From Candidatus Hydrogenedentota bacterium (GTDB lineage Bacteria > Hydrogenedentota > Hydrogenedentia > Hydrogenedentales > SLHB01): DNA of 64,000 nucleotides. Shown here piece by piece: positions 41,297 through 51,739 of this stretch. The notes beneath the pieces are model-generated. The model did not search any database, was not told where the DNA came from, and saw nothing but the letters and a program-made list of their open reading frames with translations. The first letter of the stretch is position 1, and every line of letters starts with the position of its first letter. Position numbers and translations under genes: made by a program. Location of the stretch: positions 288,001-352,000 of the forward strand of contig CAVUWV010000036.1 of assembly GCA_963745075.1 (NCBI GenBank), read 5' to 3'.

Positions 41297-42280
41297 TTAG
41301 ATCCTATCCCACACTTCAGGTTCTGGTTCCTCAGGCAATGCCGGACGCAAAATATTCTCCAGTGTATAGGTTGCTGCCTGTTCTTTAGCGAGTTGATGAC
41401 TCCATTCAATTCGCAGCGAGGGATTAGCTCCCGGGCCAGTACTGTTGTATTCAGCAAAATAAGCTGTTTTGTCCCGATTGGTATGACTCCAGTTCGACCA
41501 GCCTTGCGGCACAATGTGGGAACCCATGACGCAGTCCATAAAAACCACTTTGGCATAATCACGCCAGGGTCGGCCAAGATATACGTTGTCTACCCCAGGA
41601 GCCGCTGTAAGTTTACAATTCCGGAATACATAACCAAAGGGTTTTCCCTCCGGAGTACTCGCTGCCGTGATATATGAATTGCTGAGGCTGTTGATGGTAC
41701 AGTTATCAAACAAAGCTGTAGCTGCCCCAAAAATAAAATCCGTGGTTCCTTCAATGAAACAGCTGTCAAAATACTGGCGGCTGTTCTGCCCCGCAGCATC
41801 GAGGGCATCCTGATGCCCCAGAATGCGGCAATTAATAAAAACATTGCGATCGCCGGTAACATGCAGTGCTACCGCCTGCCCAACATCGCCTGCTGAATTC
41901 CGAACAGTCAGATTACGGGCATGAAAATCATTGGCTTCCACCTTGAAGGTATAGGTAAAGAAGGTGCTGTTACGTCCTCTGTCAATCTTATCAAAATAAT
42001 CATTCCAGGAAATTATGGTTTTCTCAACATTTTCTCCTATGATAGACAGACTTGTATTCCATGCCGGTACTTTTACCTTCTCATGGTAGATCCCGTTTTT
42101 AATATAAATAGTTATGCGTTTATCAGGAAACGACTTGGTGGCATCAACAGCCTCCTGGATAGAAGTGTAGTCTCCGGTGCCATCAAGAGCTACAGTCAAA
42201 TACAGGTTATATTGTGCGAAAGACTCCCGGGATACTGCTAGTATCAGTATGGAAATTATAATAATTTTAAGATACTTCAT
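41297..42280 (-). CDS. Pectin methylesterase (CE8)
   Basis: VALDGTGDYTSIQEAV, GIYHEKV, QAVAL, QDAL, IEGTTDFIFG and YLGRPW. Confidence 0.93.
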   Translation of the reverse strand: MKYLKIIIISILILAVSRESFAQYNLYLTVALDGTGDYTSIQEAVDATKSFPDKRITIYIKNGIYHEKVKVPAWNTSLSIIGENVEKTIISWNDYFDKIDRGRNSTFFTYTFKVEANDFHARNLTVRNSAGDVGQAVALHVTGDRNVFINCRILGHQDALDAAGQNSRQYFDSCFIEGTTDFIFGAATALFDNCTINSLSNSYITAASTPEGKPFGYVFRNCKLTAAPGVDNVYLGRPWRDYAKVVFMDCVMGSHIVPQGWSNWSHTNRDKTAYFAEYNSTGPGANPSLRIEWSHQLAKEQAATYTLENILRPALPEEPEPEVWDRI

Positions 42281-42541
42281 TGATTTTACTTTGGTTACTT
42301 CCCAGCTTGATTATGAGTAAAAATCTGAATAACCATCACCATTTAAAATACTAAAATATGAAAAAGATCATGAATATTTAGTTTTAACAAAAGTAATGCC
42401 CTTCAGATAAGCCAGACTAAAAGCGAGGCAAGCTATATATAATAATCAGATAATGAGTAAATAAAAGTAATATATCCATCTCCGAATCTATCTCAATAAA
42501 TATAAATTGCATTTCTTTTAACCCTTGCATCTAAAAACAAA

Positions 42542-42564
42542 GAAGGCGGAAAAATTCCGCCTTC
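42542..42564 (-). terminator. Intrinsic terminator after susD
   Basis: GAAGGCGGAA-AAA-TTCCGCCTTC with a T-rich tail on the minus strand. Confidence 0.7.
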
Positions 42565-42632
42565 AAATCCATCCGTGAGGATGTAAGCTAACTAAAACAC
42601 CTAAAACTATTACTTATGAACTGTTAAAACTT

Positions 42633-44504
42633 TTACCAGCCCGGATTCTGCATTGCCTGTTTTTCTTCTGCAGTAAGAGGTTTCCCGTCCTTCTGAATAA
42701 CATCAAGAAAACTCTGTGGAATTGGCCTTAACAGGTCTTTTTCCTGAACATTTGGTGCAGCATCAGGATTGAATGCCTTGTCCCTTACTACCAGCGTTTT
42801 TGTTCTTGCAAGATCTTCCCAACGGTAGAATTCTCCCATTAATTCTCTAGATCGCTCATTAAGAATAAAGTGTATAAAACGGTCATGCTCAGTACTCACT
42901 GAAGCCGGATACATTTCTTTAAGAGTTTCAGGAGAATCTCCAGGCATAAAACTAGCTTCTGTGATCGTCATCTTATCTTTCGTACTGGTTACCTCAGAAG
43001 TTGGTATATCTTCAGTCTTATAATAAATACCGCTTCTGAACTCCCCTTCGCTGTATCCTGCACGTTCCCTGACTGCATTAATGTATGGAAGTGCATTCTG
43101 GTATTCCCCTTTACGCCCGTATGCCTCAGCTGCGATCAGGTATGTTTCAGCTAATCGTGCTAATATACCATCACGAGTACCTTTCTGATCATTGTAAGAT
43201 GTACGGAATGGGTCAAGATATTTTGACAGGCAGGCATAATAGCTAATTGTCCAGTTCGTTGATAAAGTTCCGTTATCATTATAATAACGAACAAATGTTG
43301 TGGCTGCTGAATTACTAATATACTTTTTGGTGAACCTGGTTGTATCATCAGGAGAATTAACGATATAAACGATTGCAGTGTCACCCACACTGAATTTTGG
43401 CTGCCCTATAAGAGAGGCTTCCGGGGCATTGGCTTCGTTCCAGGTTGGCAATGTTTTGGCATTGTTTGCAATATATACTGTTTTAAAACTCTTAAAAAAC
43501 CGTGAATCATTTTCCCTGTCATAAATATCGAGTGCATAATCAGTGGGACGCAATCGCTGAAATTCACGTCCGTTATTCAGATCGCGAATCATCCCTGGCA
43601 AATTCTGATAAACAGAGAGAAACCACAAGTGTGTCTGATTACCATAACGACCCAAAACAGTTTGGTTATCATCAAATTGGGCTGACAAAATGATTTCATT
43701 ATTTGTTTCATTTACATCATTGACTTTTGTATACCTGAAAAGGTCATAAAAATCATCTGCCAGTTTTCTTGATGAATTATTAATTACCTGATTTGAATAG
43801 AAAATTGCACTATCCAGATCTCCCGGCTTGCTAAATGACGCATTCAATTCGCTGGCTCTGAACAAATAAGCCTTAGCCAGAAAATGCTGTGCAGCATATC
43901 TGGCAATTCTGCCAACCTGTGCAGGTTCCTCAGGTAATAGCACTTCCGCATTTCTCAAATCACTGATAATCTGTTTGTAAATATCCTCTGCTGGAGCCCT
44001 CGTAAACTCAAGTTCAACGCCATTCGAAGGGCGTACCTTAAGTGGAACACCACCAAATTGCTTAACCAGCTTAAAATAATCGAAAGCACGCATAAAATAG
44101 CACTCACCCAGCCGTGTATTCGCCAAATCTCCTTTCTCCATCACATCCGGAATTTTGCTGATACCTATATTGGCCAGATTGATATTTGAATACATATTAT
44201 CCCAAACTGCTGAGGCATGAATATTTGTTGCATCCAGCGTAGAGGAATAGGTATTCCACATTATAAAATTTGTTCCTCCTCCATTAGTGAATTCATCTGT
44301 TCCGTAATTTGTAGTCGTATAAGCCCACTCATAATTAAAGTGGAATTTAAGACCATCATACAATCCATTAACCAGGGCTTCAATCCCATCGGGAGTATCA
44401 TAGTATTTCTGAGTTATGGTTGCCACCATTTCTTCCTGAAGATAATCCTTGCAGGAATAAAAGGTAATTGATAAGAATGATAATATAATTAGTATTTTTT
44501 TCAT
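42633..44504 (-). CDS. SusD/RagB family lipoprotein
   Basis: FYSC lipobox, [34 protein letters not shown] and QNPGW. Confidence 0.95.
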   Translation of the reverse strand: MKKILIILSFLSITFYSCKDYLQEEMVATITQKYYDTPDGIEALVNGLYDGLKFHFNYEWAYTTTNYGTDEFTNGGGTNFIMWNTYSSTLDATNIHASAVWDNMYSNINLANIGISKIPDVMEKGDLANTRLGECYFMRAFDYFKLVKQFGGVPLKVRPSNGVELEFTRAPAEDIYKQIISDLRNAEVLLPEEPAQVGRIARYAAQHFLAKAYLFRASELNASFSKPGDLDSAIFYSNQVINNSSRKLADDFYDLFRYTKVNDVNETNNEIILSAQFDDNQTVLGRYGNQTHLWFLSVYQNLPGMIRDLNNGREFQRLRPTDYALDIYDRENDSRFFKSFKTVYIANNAKTLPTWNEANAPEASLIGQPKFSVGDTAIVYIVNSPDDTTRFTKKYISNSAATTFVRYYNDNGTLSTNWTISYYACLSKYLDPFRTSYNDQKGTRDGILARLAETYLIAAEAYGRKGEYQNALPYINAVRERAGYSEGEFRSGIYYKTEDIPTSEVTSTKDKMTITEASFMPGDSPETLKEMYPASVSTEHDRFIHFILNERSRELMGEFYRWEDLARTKTLVVRDKAFNPDAAPNVQEKDLLRPIPQSFLDVIQKDGKPLTAEEKQAMQNPGW

Positions 44505-44532
44505 CTCAGTTCCTTTTTAGTTTCTGATTTAA

Positions 44533-47500
44533 TTAAAAGGTTGCATTCAAACCAACAACAAAACTTCTGGTAAGGATTGAAGAAGTTGAAGGTGAATTAG
44601 TAATGGTAGACGGAGCATTAACATCCGGATTAATAAATTTTGTTTTTGTATACAGGTATGGATTCAATACCTGAGTATAAATCTTCAGATTACTTAGCTT
44701 CATTTTATTCACTAAAGTTTCTGGCAGCGTATAACCCAGGGAAATATATTTAACTGCAATAAAAGATCCATCCTGATAATTCATAGAACTCCAGAAGACT
44801 GGCTGTCCACCATTACCATAATCAGCTTTTGGATAGGCATTTGTAGGGTTATGTACTGTCCAATAATCAACTTTACGGGATGCATATCGTCCCTGCATAT
44901 CTGGTGCGTTTACATAAATGGTCTGACCCCACCTGGCGTAAACGAAGAATGACAACTCAATTCCCTTATAATTAAAAGTGTTGGTTATTCCTCCAGTCCA
45001 TTTTGGATTAATTGTACCCACAATCTCTCTGTCATTATTTGCATCAATGATACTATCACCATTAAGATCAGCAACTCTGACATCACCAGCCTCATAATCA
45101 GCTTTACCCAGTTCATTATATCTTTTTCTAAGAGTACTGTCAGCTATCTGCCAGATACCTGTTTTTCGGTAATCATAATAAATATTTACAGGCTGACCGA
45201 TAAACCATGAATTAGAGACCATATCCTCTTTCCCGTTTTGCAATTCAACTATTTCTTCCTTATTTGTTGAGAAAGAAAAATTTGTAGTCCACTTAAAATT
45301 TGGCCTGCTTAAGTTAACTGTTGACAGCACTATCTCAAAACCTCTGTTTTGAGTTTTTCCTATGTTTGTATATACACTTGTGGCTCCGTCAATTGTAGGG
45401 ATACTCATTGGCATCAGCAAATCGTGAGTATTTGCATGATAATAATCGAATGAACCTGTTACCCGATTTGCAAATAATCCCAAATCAAAACCAAGATTCC
45501 ACTGAGTTGTCTTCTCCCATTTCAGATTTTCATTACCCAACACACCCTGTGCGTCAGAGGCTCCCTTGGGATCACCAACTATATAACCATTAACCACAGT
45601 GCTTCCAAAAACATATGGCATATAAACCAGTCCTCCCAGGGTTGAATATGGGCTAATTGCAGCATTACCTGTGGTACCCAGCCCAAATCTGGGCTTAAGT
45701 TCATTAAGCCAGTTAACTCCCTGAAGGAAAGCTTCATCCTGCATTTTCCATGCCAAGGCAAATGAGGGGAAAAAGTCCCATTTATTACCGGGAGCCAATA
45801 CGGATGATCCATCCCAGCGACCGGATACTGTCAGAAGATATTTATCCATTAAAGTATAATTGATCCGCCCCATGTAAGACATAAGGGTTTGTTTTGTATA
45901 CCCTGATCCATAACCATTCAATGCCCCATTTGTAGTTGAACCAAGATTATACCACAACTGACTGTCATAGGGAAGTTTAATTGCATTCATATTTGACGAT
46001 TCATTATGGTTCATTGAAGAACTTTGAAGCAAAGTAACCCCAAGCGTGTGGTTGCCAAAACTTTTATCATAATACAACAAATTGTCAAGTGTATAAGCGA
46101 AGTACTGCGACTGTTCAAGAGCTGCATAGTTACTGGATGATGGTGAATTTCCGCCACGAAGTGAAGACTGAGCTGACTGGAATTGACCTCGCCTGTAATT
46201 TCTGAAGTCAGGGCCAAAATTTACATGATAGCGCAAGCCATCAAAAAACTTGATTTCAGCATAGAAATTTCCCAGTGCGCGTAGATTTGTGCGTTCGTCA
46301 GTAACATAGTTGTAATCAAGAATTGGATTAACAATATTCAGGTCTCCACCCGGGGTATAAATAAAATTGCCCTCAGCATCATAAGGTACCGCAAATGGCA
46401 ACATTCCTTTGGCAGCATCATATAATCTTCTGGCTCCGCGGGAACCCCCGGCAGAAAAACCATAATTCTGTACTGACCATGTTCCGGTAAAGGCGCCACC
46501 AAATGTAAACCAATCCGTTGGATTAGCTTCCAGGTTGATTTTCCCTGTATACCGTTTATAATCTTCTCCCTTATTAGTACCCAATTGATTAAGGTATCCG
46601 GCTGAAATATAGGTCTTAATCTTTTCGGTTCCCATGCTTGCACTCAGGGTATGATCCTGGGTAATCCCTGTACGGGTAACATAGCCTGTCCAATCAGTGG
46701 TTTTTAATTGAGAAGGATCATAGACCCCAGCCGACCATGCATTTGCTATTGTAGCCCATGCCGAAGGATCCTGGCCAAATATCAGCTGATCCATAGCCAT
46801 GGTTGGATTATCCGGATCAATAGTTACATTGCTAACTACCATTCCCCGGTATGCTTCACGCCTGTATTTTACATATTCAGCAGAGTTAAAATTCTCTGAA
46901 AGATCATTAATTTTATCGAAGGTAACAGAAGTATTGTAATTAATCTGTGCCTTTCCGGCTTTTCCTCTTTTAGTAGTAATTAGTATTACTCCGTTTGCTG
47001 CCCGGGATCCATAAATAGCTGCTGCTGAAGCATCTTTTAAGATATCCACAGATTCGATGTCCTGCGGATTAACAGCTTCTATCCCCCCGGAGGCAAGAGG
47101 AATTCCATCTACAACATACAAAGGTTCGTTGGTGGCTAAAAGAGAACGGTTACCACGGATACGGATTGAACCCATTTCTCCCGGACGAGCATTTGATGTT
47201 ATATCCACTCCTGCAGCGCGCCCCTGCAAAGCCTGCATGGTATTCTGAACAGGTGATTCCTGAATTTCCTGAGCTCCAATACGAGCTACAGATCCTGTTA
47301 AATCACTTTTCTTAACAGTCCCGTAACCAACAACAATGACTTCATCAAGTTTTTGAATATCCGGAACCAGCTGTGTGTTTACCACTGCCTGGCCAGTAAA
47401 TACAATCCTTTCAGTAACATATCCCACATAGGAATACACCAGCGTAACTCCAGTCTGAGGTACCATAATGGAATATTTGCCATCCAAATCTGAAATAACC

Positions 47501-48000
47501 CCGGTAGTTGTCCCTTCTATAGAAATATTTACACCAGGAAGTGGCTCTCTTGTGTTGGCATCGGTAACTATTCCGCTCACCTTATATTGTTGCTGTTGGG
47601 CAAAATTTTTACCAACCGCCATAGATGGGTCAGATGGTTTATAAATCAGAATATGTCTGTCTTTAATTTCGTAAGCTACATCCTGATTTTTAAGAGCAGA
47701 GTCAAGAATTTTGTCAATGGTCTGATTGCGTGCAATTACAGTTACACGCTGATTATCATTCAACTCATTATTATTGTACCAGAAAGAAAAGTCGCTTTGC
47801 TTTTTAATTTCTGTCAGTACATCCTTAATGGTTGCATTTTCCAGATCCAGATTGAGTTTGGTATCTTGGGAATAGGTATTAGCCGCTGAAAGACCCAGGG
47901 TACTAACTAGAAAAAGTATGGCTGTTAGCTTCATGACAGTTAGTAGTTTTTTTAGGGGGAAAAAGGGCTCATTTCCACCACTTAATAAAAATTTTATCAT
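44533..48000 (-). CDS. SusC/RagA TonB-dependent transducer with STN domain
   Basis: STN (ATIKDVLTEIKKQSDF), plug motif DIESVDILKDASAAAIYGSRAANGVILITTK, and C-terminal GLNATF. Likely start is ATG at 48000. Confidence 0.95.
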   Translation of the reverse strand: MIKFLLSGGNEPFFPLKKLLTVMKLTAILFLVSTLGLSAANTYSQDTKLNLDLENATIKDVLTEIKKQSDFSFWYNNNELNDNQRVTVIARNQTIDKILDSALKNQDVAYEIKDRHILIYKPSDPSMAVGKNFAQQQQYKVSGIVTDANTREPLPGVNISIEGTTTGVISDLDGKYSIMVPQTGVTLVYSYVGYVTERIVFTGQAVVNTQLVPDIQKLDEVIVVGYGTVKKSDLTGSVARIGAQEIQESPVQNTMQALQGRAAGVDITSNARPGEMGSIRIRGNRSLLATNEPLYVVDGIPLASGGIEAVNPQDIESVDILKDASAAAIYGSRAANGVILITTKRGKAGKAQINYNTSVTFDKINDLSENFNSAEYVKYRREAYRGMVVSNVTIDPDNPTMAMDQLIFGQDPSAWATIANAWSAGVYDPSQLKTTDWTGYVTRTGITQDHTLSASMGTEKIKTYISAGYLNQLGTNKGEDYKRYTGKINLEANPTDWFTFGGAFTGTWSVQNYGFSAGGSRGARRLYDAAKGMLPFAVPYDAEGNFIYTPGGDLNIVNPILDYNYVTDERTNLRALGNFYAEIKFFDGLRYHVNFGPDFRNYRRGQFQSAQSSLRGGNSPSSSNYAALEQSQYFAYTLDNLLYYDKSFGNHTLGVTLLQSSSMNHNESSNMNAIKLPYDSQLWYNLGSTTNGALNGYGSGYTKQTLMSYMGRINYTLMDKYLLTVSGRWDGSSVLAPGNKWDFFPSFALAWKMQDEAFLQGVNWLNELKPRFGLGTTGNAAISPYSTLGGLVYMPYVFGSTVVNGYIVGDPKGASDAQGVLGNENLKWEKTTQWNLGFDLGLFANRVTGSFDYYHANTHDLLMPMSIPTIDGATSVYTNIGKTQNRGFEIVLSTVNLSRPNFKWTTNFSFSTNKEEIVELQNGKEDMVSNSWFIGQPVNIYYDYRKTGIWQIADSTLRKRYNELGKADYEAGDVRVADLNGDSIIDANNDREIVGTINPKWTGGITNTFNYKGIELSFFVYARWGQTIYVNAPDMQGRYASRKVDYWTVHNPTNAYPKADYGNGGQPVFWSSMNYQDGSFIAVKYISLGYTLPETLVNKMKLSNLKIYTQVLNPYLYTKTKFINPDVNAPSTITNSPSTSSILTRSFVVGLNATF

Positions 48001-48007
48001 ACCTTTA

Positions 48008-48098
48008 CAATGGTTTTGGTTAAATAATTTTTGTAGTTTATTGAAAGCCGAAACTTGCTGAATCGGGAAATGTAGCAGCATTTTCCGATTCTCTTTTA
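48008..48098 (+). ncRNA. Second putative antisense sRNA to the susC leader
   Basis: TACCTTTA (variant -7 box) overlaps the susC ATG. Hairpin AATCGGGAAATG..CATTTTCCGATT is homologous to the one at 39194-39221. Confidence 0.45.
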
Positions 48099-48162
48099 GT
48101 TAAGAAGTATTTTCCATAACATCATGAGTTTATTAGGTTTTACATTCAATTTTTAGTATTCA

Positions 48163-49155
48163 CTATTTTTTAAATATTTTTATAGTATCCTGGCTATTAA
48201 TGTAATTGAAATCATGATGCCTTTTCATTATATCGAGCACATGACTGATTTCATCAGTTGCATTAAAAATCCCCGTAAACACCTCTTTTTTAAGTGTATC
48301 TGACTGAATTACAATATTAACATTGTATATTCGTTGTAACTCATTAGTTATAAACTGAAAGGTTCTACCATCAAAATAAAGCTGCCCCTGCCTCCAACTG
48401 GCATACAAGACGGCATCAACTTTCATTACTGACGATTTTCCGGATGGTTTATCCTGGAGGTATTGCTGATTAGGATTCATGATCCTACCTGCATTTTTTA
48501 AGGATGATAAATCGTTGCTTAAAATACTAATACTACCTTCAAGCAAAGTGGTTGAAAGTATTGATTCTTCATTATAATTTCTGACATTAAAGTGAGTGCC
48601 CAATACTTTAATTTTTATGTCTCCGGTTGAGACAATAAATGGATGCCTTTTATCATGTTCTACTTCAAAATACCCCTCACCAGAGAGTAATACCTCTCTG
48701 GTTTTACCCGAAAATTTAGCCGGGTATGATAGTGTTGAACCCGAATTCAATGTAACATGCGTACTATCAGGTAATAAAACTTCAGTTTTAATACCCCTTG
48801 GGGTAGTGGTTGCAATTAAAGGTGTATTCTTATTTGTAATAAGTCCCATAAACAGCCATGTACCGGCAAGAATAAACAGTGTAAGTGAAGCAGCAGCCGT
48901 ATATTGCCAGAAACGGACTTTCCTTCTCTGTTTTGCTGATTCAATTCTCTGTTGAATATTTTTTAAAATTTTTCCATGGCTTGCATTTTGTTTTGCAAGG
49001 TCAGTTTTATAACTAATATGAGTTAAAATATTATATGCTTCGGCTGCCTTATCATTATTCCTGATCCATGTGTTAAAAACCTCTTTTTCACGATTTGTTG
49101 CTGTGCCATCAAGCACGTTTGCAATCACATTCCAGATATCTTTCTCTTCATCCAT
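48163..49155 (-). CDS. FecR family anti-sigma factor
   Basis: LPDSTHVTLNSGSTLSYP, REVLLSGEGYFEV and VLGTHFNV. Confidence 0.93.
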   Translation of the reverse strand: MDEEKDIWNVIANVLDGTATNREKEVFNTWIRNNDKAAEAYNILTHISYKTDLAKQNASHGKILKNIQQRIESAKQRRKVRFWQYTAAASLTLFILAGTWLFMGLITNKNTPLIATTTPRGIKTEVLLPDSTHVTLNSGSTLSYPAKFSGKTREVLLSGEGYFEVEHDKRHPFIVSTGDIKIKVLGTHFNVRNYNEESILSTTLLEGSISILSNDLSSLKNAGRIMNPNQQYLQDKPSGKSSVMKVDAVLYASWRQGQLYFDGRTFQFITNELQRIYNVNIVIQSDTLKKEVFTGIFNATDEISHVLDIMKRHHDFNYINSQDTIKIFKK

Positions 49156-49317
49156 AAAAAATTCATCTTGGTTATATTTTATAAGAGTATCCAAAATGAA
49201 AAGACATCTAAACACATTTCAAAAAAAAGGGAAAAAATAGAGAAATGGGATCTGTAATTTATTTTTAGAGTAATATTCAGGCAGGTATCTTAGACATGTC
49301 CCATAATTTGGTTAACC

Positions 49318-49887
49318 CTATAATAATACAGCAGCAATATATTCGTTTATGATTTTTCCAAGTTTCTTAAGGGCAATAACCATCTGAGCATTTACCGTTT
49401 TTTCTGATATGGAAAGAATTCTGGCAATTTCTTTATATTTTAAACCCTCTTCTCGGGCCATCAAAAAAATAATTCTACATTTGTCCGGTAAGGAGGATAT
49501 TGAATTTTGGATCTTTACTTCCAATTCTTTATTTAAGACAATTTCTTCCGGCGTCTGATTATCTATATGAATAGAACCAGAAACCTCATAAATTTCAATA
49601 TTGTTGTTTTCGTAATTTTTCAGCTTAATATAGTAAAGCGACCTGTTTCTGGTTGAAGAGTACAAGTAAGCTTCGATATTTTCTACAGTCAACAAATGTT
49701 TGCGGCTTTTCCAAACATTGAAAAAAACATCTGACACAATTTCCTGAATTAATTCATCATTTGAAATGAAATAGGTTGTGAAGCGATAAATTGTATCATA
49801 ATATATTTCATAAAATTCAACGAAAGCCTTTTCGTCATCCCGGGCAATCCTATGAATCAAATGCTTAATATTTAAAGAGCCATGCAT
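49318..49887 (-). CDS. ECF sigma-70 factor
   Basis: DEKAFVEFY, EIVSDVFFNVW and LPDKCRIIFLMAREEGLKYKEIA. Confidence 0.93.
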   Translation of the reverse strand: MHGSLNIKHLIHRIARDDEKAFVEFYEIYYDTIYRFTTYFISNDELIQEIVSDVFFNVWKSRKHLLTVENIEAYLYSSTRNRSLYYIKLKNYENNNIEIYEVSGSIHIDNQTPEEIVLNKELEVKIQNSISSLPDKCRIIFLMAREEGLKYKEIARILSISEKTVNAQMVIALKKLGKIINEYIAAVLL

Positions 49888-50369
49888 CAGTAATTGAAGT
49901 TGTAAATAATGATCAAAATGATTTAAACTAATTTTAAATTTTTCCTTTAAGTCTCTCCATATAAAGGCAGAAGTAAACTCATATTCAATCCAGGATCAAT
50001 CCCATTTTCTGCAAATACATCTTGCAAGTTATAATATTTATGCTAATCCGGCAATGAAGATCCGGGTAAAATTTTATAAACATATCAAACAATTGTCTGG
50101 CCATGTAAATAACTTCTGCAAATCATGCATGAAATAAAACAGAATCCCTTTATAATGAAAATTATATCCTGACTCTACTATATACAGTATCTTTTAAATT
50201 TTTACACACTATTTTGAATATTATCAATTACTATTTACTTAAAGGGGGAATGTTTTTCAATTTATATTTAATTTAGACCAAATAAGATATTAACAGATCT
50301 CTATATTTTATACCTTTATGTTCATCCCTGAACATCTTTTCATTTTTCAATATTAAAATTTTCATCACT

Positions 50370-51653
50370 ATGAGATTTATAACCTATAACTCAAAAAACT
50401 TCAAAAACATTGAATATATCCGGCATTTGCCGGAAGATGTAAAGAAGGAGATTGAGCTTGTTTCGAGTGTTATTCCGTTTAAAACCAATAATTATGTTGT
50501 GGATTACCTGATCGACTGGGAAAACTACCGCAATGACCCTGTATATATATTGAATTTCCCCAACCGCACCATGCTGAAAGAAGATCAGTTTGACCGTCTC
50601 AGACGAGTGAAAAACGAGTCTCACTCAGATGCGGAGATCATGAAAGTGATCAACGGCATCAGAATGGAAATGAACCCGCATCCTGCACAGCAAATGACAA
50701 ATGTACCAACCCTGGATGGTGAAGAGCTAAAAGGTGTTCAGCATAAGTACAGGGATATTGTACTCTTCTTTCCCAGTCAGGGACAAACCTGCCATGCACA
50801 CTGCACTTTTTGTTTCCGATGGCCACAGTTTGTAAAGGACCTGGATTTGAAGTTCTCCATGCGCGAAATAGATAAAGTAGCTGAATACATCCGCAGACAT
50901 GAAGAAGTGAATGAGATTCTGTTTACTGGTGGAGACCCCATGATCATGAGCCCGGCTACACTCTCCAAATACATTGATGTACTGCTGTCTTCAAATCTTA
51001 AAAATCTTAAAAACATCCGTTTTGGAACCAAGTCTCTCACTTACTGGCCTTTTACCTTCCTCCCCGAACATAATGAAGAAGGACAGGCAATGCTGGATCT
51101 TTTCAGGAAAATTACCGACAGCGGTCTGCATCTGGCATTTATGGCGCATTTTAATCATCCCAATGAGCTGAATAATGAAGTGGTTCAACAGGCCATATAT
51201 AATATACGCCAGACCGGTGCCGAGATCCGGACCCAGGCGCCTATTCTGAATAACATTAACAACAACAGCAGAACCTGGTCAGAAATGTGGAAGAAACAGG
51301 TAAGTCTGGGCATGATCCCCTATTATATGTTTATTGAACGGGAGACCGGCCCGTATGATTATTTCAAACTTCCACTGGCAGAAGTATACCACACCTATCA
51401 ACGGGCCATCAAAGAGACAGGGAGCTTTGCCAAAACAATTACCGGTCCGGTTATGTCAGCAGCAAAAGGTAAAGTACACATTATGGGAGTAGTTAATAAC
51501 CCTGCTGACAGTCAAAAATATTTTATGATGCAATATGTTCGTCACCGGGATTACCGGGAAACCTATAAACCATTTTTCACAGAATATAACGAGCATGCAA
51601 CCTGGATCAATCAGCTTAAGCGTATTGAAACGAGGGAAATGAGCGTTAATTGA
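50370..51653 (+). CDS. KamA-family radical SAM protein (lysine 2,3-aminomutase-like, substrate uncertain)
   Basis: GVQHKY, CHAHCTFCFR (CX3CX2C), ILFTGGDPM, IRFGTK, HFNHPNE and PYYMF. Confidence 0.88.
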   Translation: MRFITYNSKNFKNIEYIRHLPEDVKKEIELVSSVIPFKTNNYVVDYLIDWENYRNDPVYILNFPNRTMLKEDQFDRLRRVKNESHSDAEIMKVINGIRMEMNPHPAQQMTNVPTLDGEELKGVQHKYRDIVLFFPSQGQTCHAHCTFCFRWPQFVKDLDLKFSMREIDKVAEYIRRHEEVNEILFTGGDPMIMSPATLSKYIDVLLSSNLKNLKNIRFGTKSLTYWPFTFLPEHNEEGQAMLDLFRKITDSGLHLAFMAHFNHPNELNNEVVQQAIYNIRQTGAEIRTQAPILNNINNNSRTWSEMWKKQVSLGMIPYYMFIERETGPYDYFKLPLAEVYHTYQRAIKETGSFAKTITGPVMSAAKGKVHIMGVVNNPADSQKYFMMQYVRHRDYRETYKPFFTEYNEHATWINQLKRIETREMSVN

Positions 51654-51739
51654 TTTTTAAAAAATAAGTCATACAATTTTTTACCTGCTATTTCACGGTA
51701 TACCCGGATTAGTCAGGATTAAAAAAAGCAAAAACAAAC

